DNA of 64,000 nt from Pseudomonadota bacterium (GCA_021801265.1 JAJYYE010000012.1:24548-88547), one strand, 5' to 3'. Numbered from the stretch's first letter, positions 9,998-21,211 are shown. Made by a program: numbers and translations. Notes: a model not told the origin generated them from the letters alone.

Positions 9998-10453
9998 ATG
10001 GAAAACTACGAAAAAGCGCATGAATGCCGCCTTTTGGATATTGAAGCCTTGCTTGCGGGGCAAATTCCTCGGGGTACGGCAGCAGCACACCTTGGCGGCT
10101 CTGCAGTGGAGTGTCGTCTCAAGGCTTTGGTGTTGACATACCACAAAATATCGTCTTGGAATGATCACAGCTTGCGCCGCAAGGATTCAAGATTTGGTCA
10201 GCCAATTCCTCGTACTGGGCATGGCCTTATTGGCGCAGTACGCTTAATGCAAGAACTTTATGATAAGGCCAAAGCTGACCATTTATTTCTGAAACATCTG
10301 AATAATGTTACTTACCCTGCTGGCAGAAATGACACCGATTTTATTGCGTTAAGATATTCGGCGCAGGATTTAGGAGGCATGTCACTTTATGAGTGGAATA
10401 AGAGTCTGAATTATGTGCTCGGTTGGTTAAAAAAGAATGAGGCTCTACTATGA
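9998..10453 (+). CDS. HEPN-domain-like protein (151 aa), first gene of the island cargo operon
   Basis: HEPN helix pattern: AAAHLGGSAVECRLKALVL, TGHGLIGAVRLM, FIALRYSAQD, LNYVLGWLKK. Its stop overlaps the next start (ATGA at 10450-10453). Confidence 0.6.
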   Translation: MENYEKAHECRLLDIEALLAGQIPRGTAAAHLGGSAVECRLKALVLTYHKISSWNDHSLRRKDSRFGQPIPRTGHGLIGAVRLMQELYDKAKADHLFLKHLNNVTYPAGRNDTDFIALRYSAQDLGGMSLYEWNKSLNYVLGWLKKNEALL

Positions 10454-13128
10454 ATAATGTAATTAAATTACGTAAAAAGCTGGATGAGCTGTTCCCTGGG
10501 CAATATGAACTTGATGTCGGTGCAAATAAAACAGCGATTATTTTGGTGATTGATAAATCATTTGCTGAACAAACCCGCCCACAACGCTTGCAGCGTATAG
10601 AGCCCTTACTGAAGGCCACGGGCTTACAAATGGGCATTACTGACCTTTATACCCCCGATGAAGCAAACGACATGGGGATTAAACTTACACCATGCACGAT
10701 GCAAGCCCCTGCAAACTGGGATGACGCAGTTTCAATGGTCGAATCGGGTAAATCATTGAAAACGAATATCCGTGACCAAGGTCGTCCACGCCGGATTGTT
10801 TTCTATTCCTATAAAGGCGGCGTCGGAAGAACCACCGCCCTTGTACACACTGCATTTCATCTAGCCCGTAGCGGTTCGCGCGTAGTAGTGGCGGATATGG
10901 ACGTTGAAGCCCCCGGCCTTCATGCAGTTTTGCCAAAACCAGACGGTAAGCCAATCACGGCAGGATTGGTCGATTATCTTTGGGAGCGTCAAGTGCGACC
11001 ATTTGATGCCGACACAGATGAGGGACTAGAAACTTGTTTAGTCGAAGTCAAAAGAGGCCAGCGTAGTGCCATTTCTTATGCGGTTGAAGATCCAGTATCC
11101 CGTGCCCAAATCCATGTTATCCCGGCGGGCGTAGTTGGCCCCGATTTTGTAAGACGGCTTCATACCTTGTCGTATAGAGATGTGCTTACACACAATGATG
11201 ATGCATGGTCACTGTTTGAAAAGGAGCTCATAGAGCAACTCCAACCCGATATTTTATTGATTGATGCTCGAACTGGCCTTGGCGATTGGGGTGGACTGTC
11301 GCTGTTACGTTTGGCCGATGAAGCGTTCTTGGTGCTTTATCCCAGCGACCAAAATATTGAAGGCCTAAACTTTGTTCGCCGGACCTTACAGGATTTAACT
11401 GGGATCAAAACACACTTAGTGTTGTCCCCGATTCCAGAAGGTGTGGTTGGACGTGAATTGGTAGCGCACTTCCGCCCACAACTAGGATTAGATGAGGATG
11501 AGCCATGCGTCGAAATTCATTACAACCCAGGTATTGCTTCTGCACCCTACTACCCAGTTGAAAGTGCAATGGCTAGCTATGCACGCCTGGCTAACATAAT
11601 TCGTGAAACTGAGGTTGAAGACAAGCTGGAAGTCACTTTAAAGAGTACAGATCGCTGGTCAATGATTGAGTCGCTCACGTTTCCGAAACATGACGCGAAA
11701 TCAATTGTGGCGGACAATTTTGATGCTTTTTTTCAAAAGACATCAGATTTTGACAAATTCCTAGACGATGCCCGTTGGGTTATTCGTGGCCGGAAAGGCA
11801 CCGGAAAATCAACCTTGTTCCATCTTTTTGTTGAACACCCCGATAGCGCGATCAAACGTGCAAGGGGCAAGCTTGAACATGTCATCATTCTCCCTGGGCA
11901 CGGCTCAACTGATGGCGCGAAGTTTCGGCCAGCCACAGACGTGTTTGGAACGATTCAAAGGGAACTTGAAAAGGCTGGGCACGATTGGCTTTCCTTATGG
12001 CGTGCCTATGCAATTGTCCGAATTTTTACTTCAAACAAAGAAGAGTTGTTGGCAGCGGGCTTAAGGAAGCCTGAAATGAAAAGATTGCGAACACATCTGC
12101 AAAATAATTTCCGCAATAACACGGATACCGTTCCCGATCAGTGGAGGTCAAGGCACACCAGTGCACTTTTGTCGCTTTTACATGATCCTTTGAATGGTCT
12201 TTGTCGCGACCTTATGGGCGATTTAAATAAAGAATTAGGTGCGAAGGGCGTAAAACTCTGGTTGCTCTATGACGACCTTGATCAAGATATCGATGAAAAA
12301 AGTCCGTGGCAAAGTGATGCCCTTGGTGGCTTGTTGCGGCTTGCTTATGACGCCAACAATATGGACTTGCATAACTTTCGCTTTAAGGTGTTTTTGCGTG
12401 AAGATATTTGGAGTAAATTGGTATTTACCAACAAGAGTCATTTCGGCGAACCGAGGACTCTCCTGCTTCAGTGGAAGATCGATGATTTTCTGCGACTTGC
12501 ATATCGCTTGGCAACGGGGGGCTCCAAGCAGTTTCATGCGCTTACACTACAATCTGTGCCATTAACCGAATCAGAGGTCGATACAGCAAGCGAGGAACAG
12601 CTTCGTCAAGCACTTGCACCGCTTTGGGGCTTGAATCAAGAGAAGGGGAAAAATGCTTTCGTGGCTAGATGGGTTTATTCCCGCATGACGGATTCTAGGG
12701 ATAATACCTATCCGCGCTCACTTACTGTCCTTTTACAAAAAGCAAAAGATCACGAACTTGAAGGCAAAAACAGCTCGAAGCCCATTGCCAGTGATCGGTT
12801 ACTCAGCCGGCCTGCGATGCAGGCCGGTTTAATAGAAGCATCGGTAGAACGCGTCAACGCAATCAAAAATGAATACCCCAATCTGGTCGCATTTCTTGAA
12901 AATGTTTGCAACACAAACTCTCTGCCATCCCAGTTCAGAAGCGACGCACTACATGCCGTATGGCAAGCCACCTCGCAGTCAGAGTATTCCACTTTTGAGG
13001 CATTTATAGTGCAGTTAGAAGATGCAGGCTTATTGATGAAGAAGAATGGAAAAACATATGATTATGGCTTCGCTACACTCTATATTGATGGGCTTGGCGG
13101 CAGACGTGTAATGGGGGAGAAAAAATAG
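10450..13128 (+). CDS. 892-aa double P-loop NTPase: ParA/MinD-like module (KGGVGR) plus a second Walker A/B ATPase module
   Basis: First module: YKGGVGRTT (aa 121-129), VVVADMDVEAPG, ILLIDARTGLGD. Second module: GRKGTGKST (aa 447-455) with LWLLYDDLD (aa 603-611). Long uninterrupted ORF. Confidence 0.85.
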   Translation: MNNVIKLRKKLDELFPGQYELDVGANKTAIILVIDKSFAEQTRPQRLQRIEPLLKATGLQMGITDLYTPDEANDMGIKLTPCTMQAPANWDDAVSMVESGKSLKTNIRDQGRPRRIVFYSYKGGVGRTTALVHTAFHLARSGSRVVVADMDVEAPGLHAVLPKPDGKPITAGLVDYLWERQVRPFDADTDEGLETCLVEVKRGQRSAISYAVEDPVSRAQIHVIPAGVVGPDFVRRLHTLSYRDVLTHNDDAWSLFEKELIEQLQPDILLIDARTGLGDWGGLSLLRLADEAFLVLYPSDQNIEGLNFVRRTLQDLTGIKTHLVLSPIPEGVVGRELVAHFRPQLGLDEDEPCVEIHYNPGIASAPYYPVESAMASYARLANIIRETEVEDKLEVTLKSTDRWSMIESLTFPKHDAKSIVADNFDAFFQKTSDFDKFLDDARWVIRGRKGTGKSTLFHLFVEHPDSAIKRARGKLEHVIILPGHGSTDGAKFRPATDVFGTIQRELEKAGHDWLSLWRAYAIVRIFTSNKEELLAAGLRKPEMKRLRTHLQNNFRNNTDTVPDQWRSRHTSALLSLLHDPLNGLCRDLMGDLNKELGAKGVKLWLLYDDLDQDIDEKSPWQSDALGGLLRLAYDANNMDLHNFRFKVFLREDIWSKLVFTNKSHFGEPRTLLLQWKIDDFLRLAYRLATGGSKQFHALTLQSVPLTESEVDTASEEQLRQALAPLWGLNQEKGKNAFVARWVYSRMTDSRDNTYPRSLTVLLQKAKDHELEGKNSSKPIASDRLLSRPAMQAGLIEASVERVNAIKNEYPNLVAFLENVCNTNSLPSQFRSDALHAVWQATSQSEYSTFEAFIVQLEDAGLLMKKNGKTYDYGFATLYIDGLGGRRVMGEKK

Positions 13129-13289
13129 CTACAAGGGGCGCATCACGGCTCCCTCACTCTCCAATAGCCCTGCAGCGTTCACGGATGAAAACACAAGCTT
13201 GATGAGCTTTCCCAATCGGTCTGAGTGTAGTGGTCTAATGAAACCGGACACTGATTTAGGCGAGAATCATCGTCATAGAGAGGTGTCTG

Positions 13290-14449
<1,160 letters not shown>

Positions 14450-14457
14450 CCACTACA

Positions 14458-15375
14458 TACCAGCCCGGTGTCAAATGCTCGCTGCTTTTTAAGGATTTCG
14501 ATGGCGGTGCGGGATAAAGGAACCCGATGCTGGAATTTGGCCTTCATGCGTTCTGGGGGAATGGTCCAGACTCGTTGTTCAAAATCGACTTCACCCCAGG
14601 TCATGCCACGGACTTCACCTGAACGCGCGGCTGTCAGAATCAGGAATTTAAGCAGTGCTCGTGATACGTCGTAATCTTCCACCACCAAATGGGTTTTCCA
14701 AAATTCAGGAATAATGCGCCAAGGCATAGCCGGTTGGTGCTCGACCCGAACAGCTTTACTAGGTTGTTGGGGCAGCAGGTGTCCGACTACATCGACGGGA
14801 TTGGATTTGCAATACCCATGAGCCCAGCCCCACGCTAGAACAGTATTAATGCGTTGCTTTAGTCGACTGGCGGTTTCCGGCTTGCTGAGCCAGATGGGAC
14901 GCAAGGCATCGGCTATGTGGCGAGGCTCCAGTTGATCGATCGGGATTTCACCGATGATGGGTGCCGCATACTCTCGGAGCGTGTTGATCCACTGGGCTTG
15001 GTGCTTAACATTCTTCCAGCCGGGTTTGAGTTCGGCATAAACCGTTTCAGCTGCATCTTTAAATAATGGAATGACGGCTGCTTTAGCCGCAACCTGTGCG
15101 GCCTCGGCTTTGAGTTCCAGCGGATCAATACCTTCGGTCAGCTGCTCACGAAATAGCACCCCCTTCTTACCGGCCTCAGCAATACCCACGTCTGGGTATC
15201 CCCCTAAACCGGCTTTACGCCGTTTCTGGGTCACAGGGCTGGTGTAACGCAAAATCCACTTTCCGTGTCCTTTAGTACTCGAAGGCTCAAGTGCGAGGCC
15301 AGTGACTCCGCCATGCGGCAAAAGCCCATCATCTGGCTTCATGTTCCGTGCTTTTGCATCCGTAATAACTGCCAC
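14458..15375 (-). pseudogene. P4-type tyrosine integrase, C-terminally truncated by the IS3 element
   Basis: The N-terminal arm-binding-like domain (KARNMKPDD...GLALEPSSTKGHGKWILRY) and the first catalytic Arg region (LTAARSGEVRGMTWGEVD) are present. The sequence ends at the IS boundary before the HxxR and Tyr motifs. Confidence 0.85.
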
Positions 15376-15398
15376 AATTTAGCCCCTCAGCCTTAAAC

Positions 15399-15422
15399 TG
15401 GTGTACCGTTCAGTGTACCACT
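15399..15422 (+). repeat. Candidate integrase arm-type site (right arm, 24 bp upstream of the int start codon)
   Basis: GGTGTACCGTTCAGTGTACCACTT is the partner of 8638-8661. Confidence 0.5.
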
Positions 15423-15551
15423 TTGAGTGAGATTCGGTTGTTCTTCTTTAAACATGGTTGGACTATTGTTATCACTAACACATTGATATACCTTATCTAT
15501 ATTTGCATGTTTTGCACAAAACAAGACTTGTTTGAATTGATAAATAGCGGG

Positions 15552-15598
15552 CTGATCCTCCGCCACAAAATCCAATAAGCCCATGTTTTTTATGGGTT
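15552..15598 (+). repeat. attR: duplicated tRNA-Ser 3' end fragment plus hairpin (direct-repeat copy 2)
   Basis: CTGATCCTCCGCCACAAAATCCAATAAGCCCATGTTTTTTATGGG compared with the tRNA end CTGATCCTCCGCCACATAACACGATTAAGCCCATGATTTCATGGG. Confidence 0.85.
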
Positions 15599-16109
15599 GA
15601 TTATTTGTGTTTTCTGTATGTGTCTTTAGGTCCATCAGATCAGAAACACTATGAGTGGGTCGGGATGTTACAGACAACTGTCATCAACCGCCCAACTCCC
15701 CCCAATGGGGTGTCCCATAAAGGGCTTCGGTAATTCCCCCCTTAGTTCCAATGAGGGTTGTCGGTGTCCGTCGGTTCGATTTCAAACCCCGCCCCCAATG
15801 GGAGTTGGATGAGGGTTGTTTTACAAATCGAAGCACGCGCCCCTATTCGCTTTTCCACTCAAAGCCCGCCAGTAAAGGCATGGGTTATTCACTTAGCGAC
15901 TCTCGCCATGGCGTTCAAAGTCAGTCAGGACCGGATTATTGCGCTCATGATGAAAGTGTTCATGATGTCAATTGGCGCGCTAAGGAATCCAAACGAATGA
16001 GACGACGAAACAACCCGCCTTGCGTTGGTTGCCTCTCGGTATCATCATCTCATGGCCCCTGACACACAAAAATTCTGACAGGCTCGCGACCCCTGATTGA
16101 ATAGCGCGC

Positions 16110-18764
16110 TCAAAGTTCACGCATCCGTTGCACCGCCGGAATTCGTGTTTCACGCAGCGAACCCATCACGGCGAGGGCGACTGAAATCAAGGCAACCATC
16201 ACTAACAGACCGATATATACCCAAGGTACAAGCAGGTGATCTGGCGGTGGATCGAACGCGCCGGTCAGCAGTTTAACCAGCATCCAAGCCAGCAAGAAGC
16301 CCGTCAGAATGCCAATGACACTGCCCACCAAAAACAGCAAAGCCGCCTCACTCCACAGGAAGGCACCCAGTTGTCGTGGCTTTGCGCCCAAGGCCGATAA
16401 AATGGCAAAGGTACGTCGGCGATCGGCCAGCCCCAGCGCCAGAATCAACCCCGTTGCACTGGCAACCATCAAAATGGATAGCCCCAACTCCAAACGCGTT
16501 AAACCATCCAAATCAACGGCAGTAAGGCTCGATCCAATCAGGCGCTGCGCTTCGCCAATGTCCGTCACTTTCGCTCCGGGCAGCGTTTCGGCAATCACCC
16601 GCGCGGCGTTGGCCACCTGCGCGGGTGGCGCGGAGGTTTTCAACAAGATAATTTCCGAGGCATTCGTCCCCGTCATCTGGCCGATGTAGCGGGCATTGGC
16701 GACAAGGAACGAATCACGTGGCGCGGTTGGGAATTCACGGACAATGCCGATAAAATGAAAGGGCACTACATAATATTGATGATCGTTCGAATTCTGGAGC
16801 CTCAAGTTGATGAGGTCGCCGGGCTGCAATTGAAACTCGTTAACGGTTTCTTCCGAGATGAGAATACCATCGGGCGTTTGTTGTAATAAGGCCAGCGTTT
16901 TAGCGGCATTGCCATTGGCAAAGTAAGCGTTCGACATGCGGGTCGCCTCACCAACTCGCGCGGCATCAATGCCATACAAATCCTGTAAATCAGTGCCCAC
17001 ATAAGCAAGCCGATGCTGCATCGGTTCGGCGGCAAGCACGCCGGGCAGTGCCTTGAGTTCTTTCAATTTAGCCGATGCGGGCGCTAAGGCAGTGCCAGTG
17101 ACGGTGACATCGGCACCATTAGTCAGCTCGGCATCGACACGGGTTTGCGCATGATAATTGGTGTTGAAAATCGCCGTGGATGTTGCAAAGGCGAAGGCCA
17201 AGGCGACAAGGCCGATACCCTGCGTCATTCGGTTCGATTGGCGGCTGATGGCCGCACTCACCACCCCGGATAATGTCCCGGCAATCGGCTGCAATCCCAA
17301 GGCCAGAAAGCGTTTGCCGCGTTGAAATCCAACCAGGCAAAGCCGAGTGGTGAGCAGACCGATACCCATCCACATGAGAACCGGGGCCAGAAACGCGACG
17401 TAATCCACAGAAGATGCGGGCGTACCTTCGGGCGCTAAAACCACTTGATACCCGGTGCTCCAGGTTTTCCAGAAAATCACCGCTGCCAAGCCAATCAGAA
17501 TGAAATCAAGTCCGGTGCGCAACCAGAGTCCGTACCGTTTATCGCGCCCCGTCATACGCGCAGCTGCAACGGTGGTTTGTTGCGCATCCCGCCAGGCAGT
17601 GACCAAAATAGCGGCTTGCGCGAGCAAAATACCCATCGAGACGGCGGCAATGGTCGAGTAAAAAGCAGCGGGGGCGAACACGCTGACACCAAGCAGCGTG
17701 CGCGACAAAATTTCCGCCAGGACAAGCCCGCCTACCGCACCACTCAACCCGACGAACATTGCCTCAACCGCGGCAATTTGCAGGATTTGGCGACGAGATG
17801 CACCGCGAATTCGCAAGAGTGCCTGATCCCGCCGACGGCGCGTACCGCCCGATGCCACTACGGCAACGGTTAAAAAAATTGCCAATAGTGCACCCGGCGC
17901 ACCCAAAAACAAAAACAGTACTCTGGCATACAGTGCATCACTGCGCACCGCATCCAAGCGGGCTGCCAAGTTATCGGCAACCAAGCCCTTGCCCGCGATG
18001 CGGATTTCCAGATTTTTTTCGGCACCATGAACCGCAACAAAGGCGGCCAATGGATCATGGGGTAAATGGGTATGAATCAGCCCAACATGCAGTTGCAGCC
18101 GCACGCTATCAGGACGCACCACGGCTTGGGGGTCAAACAGCGATTGCCATTCGCTTAAGGGCAGCAATAGCACGTTATCCGGCGGCGCTTGCGGTGCCGC
18201 GCCTGCGGGCACACCAATGGCCTGAAACATCGAGTCGGCATTGGGCAAGTCGATCACACCACCGACTTTAACGATGACCGGCGGCAGCGCGGGACGCAGA
18301 ATCGTCACACTATCACCGACGGTGACATGCAAATTGGCCGCCGTTTGCTGCGCCACCAGCACACCATCCATCGAGCCAATCAGCAGCCGGAACTGCTTGG
18401 GAAAATCATGCAGGTAGGTGGCATCAAACCCCACCACCTTACCCTTGCCTGTTGTTTGCACCGTGCCGCCCGTATGCGCCTCAAATCCATCGACATCGGC
18501 ATAACCTACTGACTGCACTGTGGCGATGGCTGTGGCTTTTTTTATCGCATCACTGACTAGGCCACGCGCTGTACCAGGCACCAGTTGAACCTGCCAATCC
18601 ACGGGCACCCCCGCAACGGCCCGCTGAGTCATGGAGGCGTTGCTCTGCGCCAAAAAAGCCCCCAGCGCCGCCAGCATGGCGATGGTGACGGCAATACCCA
18701 CCGCAGCGCCAAGCAGTCGGCCATTGCGTTCGCGCATTAATCCTGCAAACCAGATTTTGATCAT
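16110..18764 (-). CDS. ABC transporter permease with duplicated FtsX/MacB-type domains
   Basis: ~885 aa with two FtsX-like TM bundles and large periplasmic loops. The start was moved to MIKIWFAGL, which overlaps the upstream stop (ATGA). Confidence 0.8.
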   Translation of the reverse strand: MIKIWFAGLMRERNGRLLGAAVGIAVTIAMLAALGAFLAQSNASMTQRAVAGVPVDWQVQLVPGTARGLVSDAIKKATAIATVQSVGYADVDGFEAHTGGTVQTTGKGKVVGFDATYLHDFPKQFRLLIGSMDGVLVAQQTAANLHVTVGDSVTILRPALPPVIVKVGGVIDLPNADSMFQAIGVPAGAAPQAPPDNVLLLPLSEWQSLFDPQAVVRPDSVRLQLHVGLIHTHLPHDPLAAFVAVHGAEKNLEIRIAGKGLVADNLAARLDAVRSDALYARVLFLFLGAPGALLAIFLTVAVVASGGTRRRRDQALLRIRGASRRQILQIAAVEAMFVGLSGAVGGLVLAEILSRTLLGVSVFAPAAFYSTIAAVSMGILLAQAAILVTAWRDAQQTTVAAARMTGRDKRYGLWLRTGLDFILIGLAAVIFWKTWSTGYQVVLAPEGTPASSVDYVAFLAPVLMWMGIGLLTTRLCLVGFQRGKRFLALGLQPIAGTLSGVVSAAISRQSNRMTQGIGLVALAFAFATSTAIFNTNYHAQTRVDAELTNGADVTVTGTALAPASAKLKELKALPGVLAAEPMQHRLAYVGTDLQDLYGIDAARVGEATRMSNAYFANGNAAKTLALLQQTPDGILISEETVNEFQLQPGDLINLRLQNSNDHQYYVVPFHFIGIVREFPTAPRDSFLVANARYIGQMTGTNASEIILLKTSAPPAQVANAARVIAETLPGAKVTDIGEAQRLIGSSLTAVDLDGLTRLELGLSILMVASATGLILALGLADRRRTFAILSALGAKPRQLGAFLWSEAALLFLVGSVIGILTGFLLAWMLVKLLTGAFDPPPDHLLVPWVYIGLLVMVALISVALAVMGSLRETRIPAVQRMREL

Positions 18765-19438
18765 ACAGCCTCGATCGACGTGACGTTGGTCTTGAGAACC
18801 CCTTGATCCATTTGCCAAATCGTATTCATGCGCTTTGCCACCAATGGGTCGTGGGTGGAAATAACCAGCGCGGTTGAGGTTCCCGCCAAATGGACAAGCA
18901 AGGCATCGAGCAGCGCATGCCCCGTGGGTTGATCGAGCTGGCCGGTCGGTTCGTCGGCCAAAATCACGCGCGGATTGCCCACAATCGCCCGCGCCATGGC
19001 CACGCGCTGCATTTGTCCGCCGGATAACTCTTCGGGGAGTTTATGCGCCAGTTCTTGCAGGTGAAATGTGGCCAATGCCGCACGCACGGCCGCCGCGATA
19101 TCCCCGGTGAAATTCGCCAGCAGCAGCGGCAGGGCGACGTTCTCGCTGACGGTCAAGGGCTCCAATAAGCTGGGCGCCTGGAAAACCAGGGCAATTTGCT
19201 CGGGCAGCAATGTGTCGGGCGCGCCTAATTCCGGCCACATGAGCGTTCCACTCGTTGGCACGTCCAGCCCGGCCATGAGGTGCATCAACGTGGATTTCCC
19301 GCTACCCGAGCGGCCAATAATGGCGATTCGATCCTGTTCTTTTAGCAGGAAGGTCGCAGAGACAATCGCCGCGACCTGTGCCTCGCCTTGGGCATAGCTT
19401 CGACCAATCGCATCGGCGTGAATGAGGGTTTTATTCAT
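18761..19438 (-). CDS. ABC transporter ATP-binding protein (MacB/LolD-like)
   Basis: GRSGSGKST Walker [15 protein letters not shown] signature, [11 protein letters not shown] Walker B. Confidence 0.9.
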   Translation of the reverse strand: MNKTLIHADAIGRSYAQGEAQVAAIVSATFLLKEQDRIAIIGRSGSGKSTLMHLMAGLDVPTSGTLMWPELGAPDTLLPEQIALVFQAPSLLEPLTVSENVALPLLLANFTGDIAAAVRAALATFHLQELAHKLPEELSGGQMQRVAMARAIVGNPRVILADEPTGQLDQPTGHALLDALLVHLAGTSTALVISTHDPLVAKRMNTIWQMDQGVLKTNVTSIEAV

Positions 19439-20093
19439 GAATCAACCGTCCATCCTGGAGATGAATCACGCGATCGGCCGAGGCTGCCAGCGCCTCGCTG
19501 TGGGTAGCCACCAATACCGCGCCCCCACTATTGCAGCGATCCCGGAGCAACTTCAAGATATTGACTTCAGTAGTTTTATCAACTTCCGCCGTGGGCTCAT
19601 CGGCCAACAACACTTGGGGATCGGCCGACAGCGCAACCGCCAACCCCGCGCGCGCTGCCTCGCCGCCCGATAATTGCGATGGGCGCGCCATGCGCCGACT
19701 TTCCAACCCCATCACCACGAGCAAATGGGTGATCTCCTGCGGATCGACTTTCTTGGCAAGCGACATTTGCAAGCGCATGTTTTCCTCGACGGTGAGATGC
19801 TCAAACAGGTTTCCCGATTGCATCATGATGCCGATATGCCGGGCGCGCAGAGCCGCACGTTCCGCCTCACTACGACGCGACAGGCGAATGCCCGTCACTT
19901 CAACATGCCCACCATCGGGCTCATCCAAACCGGCAAGGCAGGCAAGCAGGGTAGATTTTCCGCTACCCGATGGGCCCATCAAGGCCAAAAACGCCCCTGC
20001 TTCCAATTGGATGGAAACACCTCTGAGTGCCGCCGTTTCATCATCACCACTATGGTAAAAACGATACAGCTCGAAGGCCTCCAAGGACTTCAT
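19431..20093 (-). CDS. Second ABC transporter ATP-binding protein
   Basis: [37 protein letters not shown]. Confidence 0.9.
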   Translation of the reverse strand: MKSLEAFELYRFYHSGDDETAALRGVSIQLEAGAFLALMGPSGSGKSTLLACLAGLDEPDGGHVEVTGIRLSRRSEAERAALRARHIGIMMQSGNLFEHLTVEENMRLQMSLAKKVDPQEITHLLVVMGLESRRMARPSQLSGGEAARAGLAVALSADPQVLLADEPTAEVDKTTEVNILKLLRDRCNSGGAVLVATHSEALAASADRVIHLQDGRLIHE

Positions 20094-20110
20094 TTCAGAA
20101 ACCCCCCATT

Positions 20111-20704
20111 TTATTTAAGCCACTTAAATGAACGAGCAATGCGATTCCATTGATCAATATTATCGGCGCCTAAAGGGGCAGATACATTCAAACTGGCCAC
20201 GGTGCCCGCGCGGTATATGAAATAACGCTGATTTTCCAAGCGCAGTTGCTTATTGGTCACCGGGTTGGGGGCAGAATTAGAAGAATAAACCATCAAAATA
20301 GCGGGCCCGACGGCAAGCCGCACACTGTTGATCGATTCAATCTTAACGGCGCGCCCCACCTTAATGAGTTCGGCCGCTTCATACCGGGTGACGGACTCAA
20401 CGGTGGGCGCGCCACCGGCCGCACCTACGGCCACATCAAGCGCATTATATTTATCAGCAAACCCGACCCCATTGGCACGATCCGTCCGCGCCCAGCCCTC
20501 CGGTACCTGCAATGAGAACCCCAAGGCCGAGGTGTACGTCACAAAGGCCTGGGAATCTGGAATATCGCCCGGCGGGGTTTTTTCTGGGGCTAAGGGTCGT
20601 TCCGCGGCAGCGGTAGACACCAATGGCGTGCCGCCAAATATCAAGACAGAGGCAAAAATACCCGCTGCGATCTTGCATGAAAATTGCCGAATATTGAGTT
20701 GCAT
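20111..20704 (-). CDS. Secreted protein of unknown function, first gene of the ABC operon
   Basis: Signal-peptide-like N-terminus MQLNIRQFSCKIAAGIFASVLIFGGTPLVSTAAA. No recognisable family. Confidence 0.6.
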   Translation of the reverse strand: MQLNIRQFSCKIAAGIFASVLIFGGTPLVSTAAAERPLAPEKTPPGDIPDSQAFVTYTSALGFSLQVPEGWARTDRANGVGFADKYNALDVAVGAAGGAPTVESVTRYEAAELIKVGRAVKIESINSVRLAVGPAILMVYSSNSAPNPVTNKQLRLENQRYFIYRAGTVASLNVSAPLGADNIDQWNRIARSFKWLK

Positions 20705-21144
20705 TGCATCGTCCCCTTGAATAATAAGAAAACTTCGCTTCAAATCGATTCGATATTTGGCTCGAAGCTTGATTGTAATATCGCCGTACACCTTGAATAG
20801 TCAATCTAACCGGACTAACTTAACAAGGATATTCCAGAAAGATTACCAAATCGTAAACATCCGGTTAATACCGTCTTGATGTTCAGGTTTCGATACACCA
20901 CAAACTTAATATTGCCCCGCTCGACCGAGCGTGATGGCATCCGCAACCACCACTTGTTGCCAGATTGTGGGCTTGAGTCATTGCAATTCGATGCGGATCT
21001 GCATCTGGTGATTGGGGGCAGGCATTTTGATGACGTGACTCATGGCGCGCCGGGATTAGCCTAATATAAAATGGTAAATCGCGGGATAAATCGTTATTTC
21101 CCAATAGTTGGGCTATTATTTCGGCGCTAATACAATAAGGTATG

Positions 21145-21211
21145 AGCCGTTCGTGTTGAGTCTGTCAAAACCTGAACGGCTTCAAGCCTTCGATAATCTC
21201 AGGCCGAACGA
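21145..21211. repeat. REP-like imperfect palindromic element
   Basis: GAGCCGTTCGTGTTGAGTCTGTCAAAA...CCTTCGATAATCTCAGGCCGAACG. The arms are imperfect reverse complements. It resembles the widespread CCGTTCG...CGAACGG intergenic elements. Confidence 0.35.

Noticed and set aside
15393-15677. 94-aa minus-strand ORF immediately upstream of the integrase
   Set aside because: It spans the attR core (15552-15567) and the arm-type site, so it would be a chimera of island and chromosomal flank. It has no recognisable family and sits in an AT-rich regulatory-looking region. It is most likely not a gene.
15755-15800. GGTTCGATTTC motif resembling a tRNA T-loop, with partial similarity to the tRNA-Ser 3' end
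   Set aside because: No T-stem pairing, acceptor stem or anticodon arm can be drawn. The genuine duplicated tRNA end is at 15552-15567.
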